Virus record (IMG/VR): IMGVR_UViG_3300010048_000030
Location: 1 to 32,035 of that record
Length of the DNA stretch: 32,035 nucleotides
Strand: one strand, 5' to 3'
From: a virus
Lineage: Duplodnaviria; Caudoviricetes
Numbering within the stretch: the first letter of the stretch is position 1; each line of letters opens with the position of its first letter. Below, one piece after another: positions 23,731-31,037 of this stretch. The translations under genes were made by a program, and so were the position numbers. The notes under the pieces are model-generated. The model worked only from the letters and a program-made list of their open reading frames with translations. It was not told where the DNA came from and did not search any database.

Positions 23731-24687
23731 CTACGGGAGCCGGTTCATCTTCATCAGGGCGCCCGGCGCCGCGTAGCTCGCGACATGCCAGGGCGTCTCG
23801 ACGTTGATGGCCGAGACGTCGATCGCCGCCGAGGAGACGGTTTGGGTTTGGGTCGCGTAGGTCCCCGCCCCGCCGGTCCCCGTCAGGCCGGAGCCGTTCG
23901 AGGCGTTGGCCGTGATGGTGGAGCCGGCCGCGGTGGTCCCGCCCGTCAGCACCTGGTCGAGGCCGTAGACCCCCGCCACGGTGCCGCCGATCGTCAGCAG
24001 GCCCCAGGTCCCGTCGATGGTCTCCGACGCGATCGTGGGTTGGGCCTGCGAGAGCAGGTAGGTCCCGATCCCGCCCTCCGTGCCGGTCAGCTGCGACTGG
24101 ACGGTGGTCCCGGAGATCACCCCGGTCCCCGAGATCGCGGCGCCGGGAACGATGGTGCCCGACGCGACGGCGGTGACCGTCATGACGTCGTTCTGGATCG
24201 AGGCGGTGACCGCGAAGGTCTCCGGCGCGATGGTGGAGGCGGTGGAGGTCGCCCCGCCGGTCGGGGAGCCGGTCGCCGCGGCGGTCGCCTGCCCGTTGGC
24301 GAAGTTGGCGTAGACCTTCTGGCCCGGGACCGCCGGCGAGGTGCCGCTGTTGGTCACGAAGAAGTCGCCCGAGGTGTAGACGGTCACCATGAAGCCGCCG
24401 GGGATCAGCATCCCGGCGTCCTGCAGGTACTGGGTGATGAGCCCTTGCTGCTCGCGCCCCACGAAGCCCGCGACCTGGCCCGAGCCGAACGAGTTGATCG
24501 TCGCCGGCGCCCCGTCGGCGTCCTGCGGGGTGGTGGCCCAGCAGAAGGCGCCGATCGTCACCCCGTTGGGGCCCGCGACGGCGCCGCCCGCCCCCACCAG
24601 CAGGGTGAAGCGCGGGTTCGTGGAGGCGAAGTCACCCGAGACCCCGAGGCCCGGCTGGGTGTTCACGACGGTTTGGCGGTCGGCCAT
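23731..24687 (-). CDS. Capsid cement/decoration protein, enlarged by two inserted repeat domains (318 aa)
   Basis: Q..VN.QP..GV.GDFAS.NPR, GFV.REQQGLIT.YL, GDFFV, ETPW.V.S.AA.G.L.K; located between scaffold and capsid. Confidence 0.85.
   Translation of the reverse strand: MADRQTVVNTQPGLGVSGDFASTNPRFTLLVGAGGAVAGPNGVTIGAFCWATTPQDADGAPATINSFGSGQVAGFVGREQQGLITQYLQDAGMLIPGGFMVTVYTSGDFFVTNSGTSPAVPGQKVYANFANGQATAAATGSPTGGATSTASTIAPETFAVTASIQNDVMTVTAVASGTIVPGAAISGTGVISGTTVQSQLTGTEGGIGTYLLSQAQPTIASETIDGTWGLLTIGGTVAGVYGLDQVLTGGTTAAGSTITANASNGSGLTGTGGAGTYATQTQTVSSAAIDVSAINVETPWHVASYAAPGALMKMNRLP
23815..24222 (-). repeat. Two nested copies of the shared virion beta-domain within the cement protein
   Basis: TFAVTASIQNDVMTVTAVASG...GGIGTYLLSQAQPTIASETI and LLTIGGTVAG...GTGGAGTYATQTQTVSSAAI; boundaries approximate. 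Confidence 0.85.
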
Positions 24688-24726
24688 TGGCTGATCCTTC
24701 AGCAGGAGGAGAGGGGGCCGCGCGCG

Positions 24727-25860
24727 TTAGCGCATGACCGTGATGCGGCCGGTCAGCTTGGAGGCGCCGGAGGTCGGCTTCTTGACCTTGCCCGAGAGCG
24801 CCTCGTCCTGGGCCAGCTGGGCGCGCGAGCCGCGCGGCAGGGCCCCGAGGAGCGAGCGGTAGGCGCTGGGGTGGACCCCCTTGAGGTCCACGTGGAGCGA
24901 CTTCAGCGCGGCCTCGTAGATGTCCTGCGCGGAGTCGAACGCCGGGGAGACCTCCCCGACCAGCGGGCGGACGAACGCGCGGGCGTCCTGCGCCTCGCGG
25001 GCCTCGCGCCGCATGTCCTCGCGGACCTTCTTCGCGGAGGCGGCGATCGCCTGGTCCATGGCCCCCTGGGTGACGGTCGGCATCTCGTTGTCCTTCCCCT
25101 TCTTGCCACGGTCGGCCGCCGGAGCGGTCTTCGCCGGAACCTCGGTCGCGGAGGGGTTCACCACCTCGTCCTTGCCGTGCTTGTGCTTGTCCATCGCGGA
25201 CTTCACCAGGCCGTGCAGCTCCTCGGCCTGGGCGTCGTCTCCGAGGTGCTCCTGCAGCAGCCGGAGGATCTCGGCGTCCAGCTCGCCGTCGTCCTCCTCC
25301 TCGTCCTCGCCCTCGCCGGGCTCGGGCTTCCCCGCCTCCCCGCCAGCGCCGGCGGCGGGCGGGGGCGCGGCGTTGGGTTCGAGGCCGGCGTCCGGCTCGG
25401 CGCCGGTCCCCTCCTCGACCTGCTGGGCGGGATCCGGCTCGGCCGCGGCGATCTCGGGCTCGGCCCCCTGGCCGTCGATCATCGAGAGGAGCTTCATCGC
25501 CACGTCGTCCGGCCCCATCTGGTCGGCCGCGAGGCCGGCCTTCAGGCCCGCCGCCTTGGCGCGCGCCCACACCTTCGAGGCGTTGGCCTTCAGGTTCTTG
25601 CGGGTGATCCCCCGGACGGCCGGCACCAGGTCGAGCTTCGCGTCGGCCGCCAGGTGGGGCGCCAGCAGGGCCGTCATGGCCGCGTGGGCGCGGAGGGCCG
25701 TCGACGAGAGCATCGTGCGCTTCATGGGAGTGCTCCTAGAGGGGGTGCGACGGGTCCGGGCTTGGTCAGCCGCGAGGAGGTCGGCGGGCAGGCCGAGGGC
25801 GGCGAGCGCCTTGTCCGGCGTCCCGAACTTCTCCCGCAGCGCCTGTTCTAGCGCGTTCAC
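24727..25860 (-). CDS. Capsid scaffolding protein (377 aa from GTG 25860; 332 aa from internal ATG 25725)
   Basis: Acidic/disordered middle and helical C-terminus (V.PLVGEV..AFDSA.DIY..AL); position between protease and cement; both starts have SD sequences. Confidence 0.8.
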   Translation of the reverse strand: MNALEQALREKFGTPDKALAALGLPADLLAADQARTRRTPSRSTPMKRTMLSSTALRAHAAMTALLAPHLAADAKLDLVPAVRGITRKNLKANASKVWARAKAAGLKAGLAADQMGPDDVAMKLLSMIDGQGAEPEIAAAEPDPAQQVEEGTGAEPDAGLEPNAAPPPAAGAGGEAGKPEPGEGEDEEEDDGELDAEILRLLQEHLGDDAQAEELHGLVKSAMDKHKHGKDEVVNPSATEVPAKTAPAADRGKKGKDNEMPTVTQGAMDQAIAASAKKVREDMRREAREAQDARAFVRPLVGEVSPAFDSAQDIYEAALKSLHVDLKGVHPSAYRSLLGALPRGSRAQLAQDEALSGKVKKPTSGASKLTGRITVMR

Positions 25861-25878
25861 AAGCCCCGACCTCCGCGT

Positions 25879-25915
25879 GCGACAGGTTGAGTCGCCAACG
25901 CCAGTGGTCGCGTTG
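25879..25915 (-). promoter_or_regulatory. Twin abutting hairpins upstream of the scaffold RBS
   Basis: Minus strand CAACGC-GACCACTG-GCGTTG followed directly by GCGAC-TCAACCT-GTCGC, then GGAGG, in a lower-GC 77-nt spacer. Confidence 0.5.
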
Positions 25916-25937
25916 TGTCACTGAATCGCCGCAACAT

Positions 25938-27392
25938 CTAGTGGGCTTGCAACCGCAGGGCCGCGGCCAGCAGCCGCCACCGTAGGCCGTCGGTCAGGCT
26001 GTCGGCGACCAGCACGTCCGCGCCGGCCCGCCCTTGCTCCACCAGGGCCACGTGGTTCCCGATGATCTCGACCATCCGCCCGTCGTACCGCACCCCTCGG
26101 AAGGTCCCCGGGGTCCAGTCGAGCTTGTAGGCGTAGCTGCTCGACAGCTCCCGCTTGAACTCCGACTCCACGTCGTCGATCGCAGCCGCGGGCCAGATGG
26201 CGAGCGAGTTGAGGAGGTAGGGGTCCTCGAAGATGCAATCGGTCCCGGTCGCCCCCACGACCACCTCGTCAGGGTGATCCTCGGCCGAGGTCGGGATATG
26301 GACGTCCAGCAGGGGGACGAGGTTGAAGGTCTCGGCCGCCTTCGAGAGCTCCTCGGGGTCCCGGAGGAGGTAGTAGACTTTCTTCAGGTCGAAATCGTCG
26401 GGCGGGTAGGGGTTCAGCCCCAGCTCGATGAGGTGCTGGGCCTCCTCCTCGGTGGGGAGGGGGATCTCCTCCCCGCGGTAGGGGCAGACGTTCGCCTTGG
26501 AGATCGGGGTCAGCGCGACCTTTAGCCGCCCCACGGAGTCGAACTCGCGGACCGAGGCCTGATCGAGCGCCAGCCAGAGGGCCTCGTCGGCCGCCAGCTG
26601 GTCCCCGTTCTCCCCGACGGGCTTCGCGGGCTGGTGGCGCCAGTCCAGCCCATCGGGCACCGCGCCCCCATGCTCGATGATCTCGTCCACCAGCTCGTCG
26701 CAGAGCACGTCCTCGACCCCATGGTGGGTCGGCTCCGGCGGCTCGCGGGGGTCGGCCCAGCGGTAGTCGTCGTGCTCCCGGTGGCCGAACTCGTTCCGCG
26801 CGAGGTTCGGGGTGAACATCTCCTCGACCGGGCAGATGAAGGTCGTAAAGTCCACGTCGTCGGTGATGTGGCGCCCGACCTCGCGGCACTTCTCGGCCGG
26901 CGCGAGGTAGCCGCACTCCTCGTTGGCCTCGCGGATCGCCCCCTCGAGGAGCGACTCCCCAGGTTGGAGATGGCCGCCCGGCCAGTCCCACTCGCCGCCA
27001 TGGTTCGCCAGCTGGTCCCGCCGCAGGAACAGCACGTGGCCGTTCGGCGCGACGAAGATGATCCCTGCGGCATCGTGGACCTGGGGCTCGGTCAGCTCCC
27101 CGATGACGTCCTCCTCCGAGCGGTCCTCGGCGCCCTCGGGCGCGCCGGCGGCCGGAAGGGTGGCCTCCGTGGGGGGCCCGGTCTCGTAGGTCTTGCCCCC
27201 GATCTCCACCAGGTGGACGTGCCCGTTCCCCAGCCCCTCGACCGCATCAGCGATCGCGCCGAAACCGTCGCGCGACTTCCCCGGCTTGGAGTAGGCGATC
27301 GCCGCCGCCTGCTTGGGCGGTTTGCCGGCGTTGATCTCGGTCTCGATGTTGCGCGAGATCGTCGCCTGGGAGCCCCCTTCCTTGAGCGGCAT
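25938..27392 (-). CDS. Nudix hydrolase / DUF2213-like putative prohead protease fusion (484 aa)
   Basis: Nudix box G-HLQPG-E-SLLEGAI-REANEECGY (~26907-26975); C-terminal SVR.FD..GRL...PISKANVCPY.G.EIP...LLRDPEEL.KAA.TFN..PLL..H...RELSSSY.Y...GNHVALV..GRAG.DV.V.DS. Confidence 0.9.
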   Translation of the reverse strand: MPLKEGGSQATISRNIETEINAGKPPKQAAAIAYSKPGKSRDGFGAIADAVEGLGNGHVHLVEIGGKTYETGPPTEATLPAAGAPEGAEDRSEEDVIGELTEPQVHDAAGIIFVAPNGHVLFLRRDQLANHGGEWDWPGGHLQPGESLLEGAIREANEECGYLAPAEKCREVGRHITDDVDFTTFICPVEEMFTPNLARNEFGHREHDDYRWADPREPPEPTHHGVEDVLCDELVDEIIEHGGAVPDGLDWRHQPAKPVGENGDQLAADEALWLALDQASVREFDSVGRLKVALTPISKANVCPYRGEEIPLPTEEEAQHLIELGLNPYPPDDFDLKKVYYLLRDPEELSKAAETFNLVPLLDVHIPTSAEDHPDEVVVGATGTDCIFEDPYLLNSLAIWPAAAIDDVESEFKRELSSSYAYKLDWTPGTFRGVRYDGRMVEIIGNHVALVEQGRAGADVLVADSLTDGLRWRLLAAALRLQAH

Positions 27393-27394
27393 GG

Positions 27395-27670
27395 CTACCA
27401 GGCGTTCACGTTGACCGCGCTGATCCGCGCGTAGAGCCCGGAGGCGCCCGAGAGGGTGAGCTGGAACTGGCCCCCGCCGACCGTGAACAGGGTCTGGCCG
27501 TTCGCCGAGATCGCGGAGCCGACCGGCAGCAGGGTGGAGCCATCGGGCCCGATCTGGTTGAGGGTCGCGGTCCCCCAGGTCCCGGCGACGATCTGGAGCG
27601 AGTATTGGCCGCCCGACAGGCCGAAGTCGGCCGGCGTGGCGTCGATGTCGGAGAAGATGATCGGAGTCAT
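27395..27670 (-). CDS. Small beta-rich hypothetical protein (91 aa; start at ATG 27670)
   Basis: MTPIIFSDID...GTWGTATL...GPDGSTL...GQFQLTLSGASGLYARI; ATGA overlap with the MuF stop; high GC3. Confidence 0.8.
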   Translation of the reverse strand: MTPIIFSDIDATPADFGLSGGQYSLQIVAGTWGTATLNQIGPDGSTLLPVGSAISANGQTLFTVGGGQFQLTLSGASGLYARISAVNVNAW

Positions 27671-28608
27671 GCGGCCTCGGCCTCCTGCGCCACCAGCTCG
27701 GGGATGATGGACCGGCACGTGCACCGGCAGTTGATCTCGGTCCCCGGCCAGATTCGCTTCCCGAGGGCCGGATCGAGCCACCCCTCGGCCACGTTGTAAA
27801 CCACCTGGTCGCGCCCCGCCTTGACGTGCGAGGGCCGCGGCTCCTTGCCGGCGCCCGAGTGGACCCACACCGCCTGCTCGACCCCGATCTCCAGCTGGCG
27901 GGTCTTCGTCAGGAAGGCGGTCGCCTTGTTGTTCTGGTCGCGGGCGATCAGGGCCGCGCGCTTCTTGGTCGACCCGTAGGTCTTCTGCAGCTCGGCCACG
28001 AGAGGCGCGAGGTTCCGGCCCTCGCGGACGCTCCGCATGACCGCCCCCTCGACCCCGAGGAGGTACTGCTCGGGAATCGAGCGGATCAGCGCGACGTTCT
28101 CCTGCACGGCCGCGGCCAGCTGGTCCGACTGCGCCTTGCTGATCTGGAACTTGACCCGCATCCCGGCCGCCCGGAGCGCCGCCTCGATCGCCTGGTCGGT
28201 GGTCGCGCCCGCCCGCTTGGCGAACGACTCCGCGATCTCCTCCGCCAGCCGGTCGAACCGCTGGCCCCAGCGGGCCCGCAGGGCCGCCAGGACTTCCTCG
28301 AGGAGGTCGGCCGGCGCGGCGTCCATCGCCAGCGGGGGGAGGTGGACCCACTCGCCGTCCCAAAGTTCGACGATGGGCGTGCGGAGCTCGACCCAGCGGG
28401 CGGCGCGCGCCTGCCAGGCGGGCCACGAGTCCTGCGCCAGCTCGATGCGGTCCAGCTGCTTGCGGTAGGCGGCCCGCACCCACCAGAAGACCGCGCGGTG
28501 CATCCGGTCGATCTCTTGGTCCAGCCGCTTGCGGAACCACGCATGGACGCCCGCGTTGGCCCGCACCGCCCGGAGCTTCTTCACCGACAGCCCCCGAGGG
28601 CTTGGCAA
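27667..28608 (-). CDS. Head morphogenesis protein (Mu gpF / SPP1 gp7-like); start uncertain (TTG 28608)
   Basis: ENV.LIRSIP.QY, RA.LIARDQNNKA, W.HS.AGKEPRPSHV, PG.EINCRC. Confidence 0.92.
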   Translation of the reverse strand: MPSPRGLSVKKLRAVRANAGVHAWFRKRLDQEIDRMHRAVFWWVRAAYRKQLDRIELAQDSWPAWQARAARWVELRTPIVELWDGEWVHLPPLAMDAAPADLLEEVLAALRARWGQRFDRLAEEIAESFAKRAGATTDQAIEAALRAAGMRVKFQISKAQSDQLAAAVQENVALIRSIPEQYLLGVEGAVMRSVREGRNLAPLVAELQKTYGSTKKRAALIARDQNNKATAFLTKTRQLEIGVEQAVWVHSGAGKEPRPSHVKAGRDQVVYNVAEGWLDPALGKRIWPGTEINCRCTCRSIIPELVAQEAEAA

Positions 28609-28702
28609 TCCTGTTCGGACTCGAGGCGGTCGACCGCGCCAGCGCCAATGAGACCGCCCGCGAGCAGGCCCGCGAGCGCGACCGCCCCGAGGGCGCCGGC
28701 GG

Positions 28703-28867
28703 CTAGGCCGAGTGCCCGGCGACCAGGGTCACGAACCAGATGATCGCGGCCACCGCCCAGAGGATCCAGGCCACGCGGTCCGCCCAGGGGACCGGCGCGT
28801 TGCGGCCCAGAGCTTCCAGCAGGACCCCGATCACGAACAGCGCCGCTGCGATGATGAGGAGCGTCAT
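28703..28867 (-). CDS. 54-aa two-TM membrane micro-protein (absent from the ORF track)
   Basis: MTLLIIAAALFVIGVLLEALGRNAPVPWADRVAWILWAVAAIIWFVTLVAGHSA; almost all third positions are G/C; no clear SD. Confidence 0.65.
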   Translation of the reverse strand: MTLLIIAAALFVIGVLLEALGRNAPVPWADRVAWILWAVAAIIWFVTLVAGHSA

Positions 28868-28882
28868 GGTCGAGGTAGCGCA

Positions 28883-30823
28883 TCAGGCCTCGACGGGTTC
28901 CAGCTTCGAGGTCGGGACCTTCAGGGTGCGGGGCTGACGCTGGGCCCGCGGGCGCTCGCCCTCGCTGCGGCCCGGCCGCGCGCCATCCTGATCGGCCTCG
29001 GGACTGCCGTCACGCCGCGCCGGCGAGGAGGCGCGCTCGCCCGCCCGCCCCTGTCCCGGCTGTCGACGGCCCTCGCGGGCGCTCTGGTCCCGCTCCCCCA
29101 TCAGGCCCTGGAGCAGCCCGGGGAACAGCTCCGCCATCTCGGCATTGAGGCCCTCGGCCGACGGGTCGAGGAGCCCGGACCCGACCGGCCCCTCGGGCTC
29201 GTCGGGCGTGATGTCCTCGATCCCGTAGTAGGGGCTCTCGGGGTCCGCCAGCTGGTGGGCCCTGATCTCCTCGGCCGAGAAGGCCCCCAGCTCGACGTAG
29301 GTCGCGTCCATCTCGGCCTGGACCTTCCGCCGCTCGGTCTCCTCCTTGGGGTCGAGCGAGCGCAGCGACTCCCAGGTCCAGGTGATGTCGGGGTCGACCT
29401 CGCCAAAGAGCGAGAGCTGGATGAAGTTGAGGATCACGGTGAGGGCCCAGGCGCAGAACTTCTCCCGGAAGGCCTCGCACCAGTCGAGCCAAGAGGTGAT
29501 CTCGCCTTGCGAAGAAGCGTTGAGGCCCGCGGGCTGGATGCCGAGCAGCTTCACCACCGGCTCGCCCGAGACCGAGCACATGAACTCTTGGAACTTCGAC
29601 GCCAGGTCCTTGAGGTCGGTCAGCGGGGTGTTGAACTGGAAGAACTCCTCGGTCTCCTTGTCGAGCACCATCGCCCCGCGGTTGGAGCGGAGGTTGTTGA
29701 ACAGCTCCAGGCGGTCGAAGATCGTCGACGAGGAGGCCCCCGGCTTGAGGATGGTTTCGAGGTTGGTCTTGATCCCCGAGGTCGAGAAGGCGATCACGAC
29801 GTCCGCGACCGCCTGCACCACCGAGATCCAGCGGTCGACGTAGGGCTTCATCAGCTGGGAGAGGCTGATGCCCCCGAACATATACGCCGGCTTTAGGAGG
29901 TCCGGGACCTCGCGGCCGACGAAGGTCAGCAGGCGGGTGACGTGGATTTCCTGCCCCTGCACGAACCAGGTCTGCGGGGCGTACCAATCGTCCTTCAGGG
30001 GGTTGGTCGCGTTGTAGCGCGACGGGTAGCACCAGACCGCCTCGATGGACTTCATCCCCTTGAGGAAGCCCTTGCAGCCCCCGAGCTTCAGCTTCGTGGT
30101 CTCGTTCTGCCCGTCCCCGATGGAGCGGACCAGCTCCTTGCGGTCGTCGGGCGGGGTCCCGACGTCGAGGTAGAGGTGCGCGATCCCGAAAAAGGCGTCC
30201 AACTCGATGCAGCGGCGGATGTGGCCCCGGACGTCGAGGCGCTTCATCTCGGTCTCGATCGCGGTGACCTTCTGGAGCTTCGCCTTCCGGTTCGAGGCCG
30301 CGGCCGCGATCTTGATCCACTTGCGGGTGCACTCGGTTGCCAGCACCTCCGCCATCCGGCGGTACTCGGGCAGCGCCGCCAGCAGGGAGAGGGCGGGGTA
30401 GCCCATAAAGAGCGGGCCGTCGAACCAGCCGCTCGCCCAGGTCCCGGCGGCCCACACGCTGATCTCCTCCGCCCCGTCGTCCATCGCGACGAGCTGCCGC
30501 TGGGCCCGCACGGTGTCGGGCACGACCCCCGGCGCTGGCTTGGGGATGGCGAACGCCTGTTGGGCGGTGACCTTGCGGGGGTCGCGCTTCGACGCCGCGA
30601 GGACCTCGGGCTTGATCGAGAGGTCCCGCTCCTTCGGCTTCCCCCCTTCGAGCACCGTCGGGAAGGCCCGGACCTCGGTGTCCTCGGGCGCCGGCGCGCC
30701 GTCGAGCGGCTGCGGGCCCGACTCGAGCAGCCGCCGGGCCTCGCGGTCGATCCGGCGCTCCTGCTTGGCGATCCGCTTGTCCTGGCGGCGCTTCGCCTTC
30801 TGCTTGCGGGTCAGCTTCGCCAT
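28883..30823 (-). CDS. Portal protein, DUF1073-like (646 aa)
   Basis: F.GYP.L..LA..PEYR, A.E.TRKWI, W.YP..YNA..PL..D.Y.P..WFV.G..IH.TRLL, PDLLKPAY.FGG.SLSQ, P.VKLLGI.P.GLNASS.GEI; follows the terminase. Confidence 0.93.
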   Translation of the reverse strand: MAKLTRKQKAKRRQDKRIAKQERRIDREARRLLESGPQPLDGAPAPEDTEVRAFPTVLEGGKPKERDLSIKPEVLAASKRDPRKVTAQQAFAIPKPAPGVVPDTVRAQRQLVAMDDGAEEISVWAAGTWASGWFDGPLFMGYPALSLLAALPEYRRMAEVLATECTRKWIKIAAAASNRKAKLQKVTAIETEMKRLDVRGHIRRCIELDAFFGIAHLYLDVGTPPDDRKELVRSIGDGQNETTKLKLGGCKGFLKGMKSIEAVWCYPSRYNATNPLKDDWYAPQTWFVQGQEIHVTRLLTFVGREVPDLLKPAYMFGGISLSQLMKPYVDRWISVVQAVADVVIAFSTSGIKTNLETILKPGASSSTIFDRLELFNNLRSNRGAMVLDKETEEFFQFNTPLTDLKDLASKFQEFMCSVSGEPVVKLLGIQPAGLNASSQGEITSWLDWCEAFREKFCAWALTVILNFIQLSLFGEVDPDITWTWESLRSLDPKEETERRKVQAEMDATYVELGAFSAEEIRAHQLADPESPYYGIEDITPDEPEGPVGSGLLDPSAEGLNAEMAELFPGLLQGLMGERDQSAREGRRQPGQGRAGERASSPARRDGSPEADQDGARPGRSEGERPRAQRQPRTLKVPTSKLEPVEA

Positions 30824-31026
30824 CAGACTTTCTCCGGCAGGCGCACGTCGACCACCACGACCAGCTGGCCCGCCGGATCCGTGTGGGCGCTCCCCGCGTC
30901 GACCACGAGGCCCGTCCGCTTGAACTCGGCCACGCCGAGGAGTTGGCCGAGCGCCCGATTGTCGAGGGCCGCGTCATAGAGCAGCCGGGCGCAGAGGTCA
31001 GGGTCCAGGGTCAGCTCGACGCGCAT
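30823..31026 (-). CDS. Hypothetical protein (67 aa)
   Basis: GGGAG SD and TGATG overlap with the portal start. Confidence 0.7.
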   Translation of the reverse strand: MRVELTLDPDLCARLLYDAALDNRALGQLLGVAEFKRTGLVVDAGSAHTDPAGQLVVVVDVRLPEKV

Positions 31027-31037
31027 TCGCGACTCCC

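Noticed and set aside
21240-25851. Long plus-strand ORFs (21240..23807, 23785..25851) and similar antisense ORFs throughout
   Set aside because: Antisense shadows of well-supported capsid, cement and scaffold genes.
25861-25940. Stop read-through or frameshift joining protease and scaffold; sigma70 promoter in the spacer
   Set aside because: Frames differ and the scaffold frame has a TGA at 25918; TTGCAA/TTGCGG candidates lack a properly spaced -10 element.
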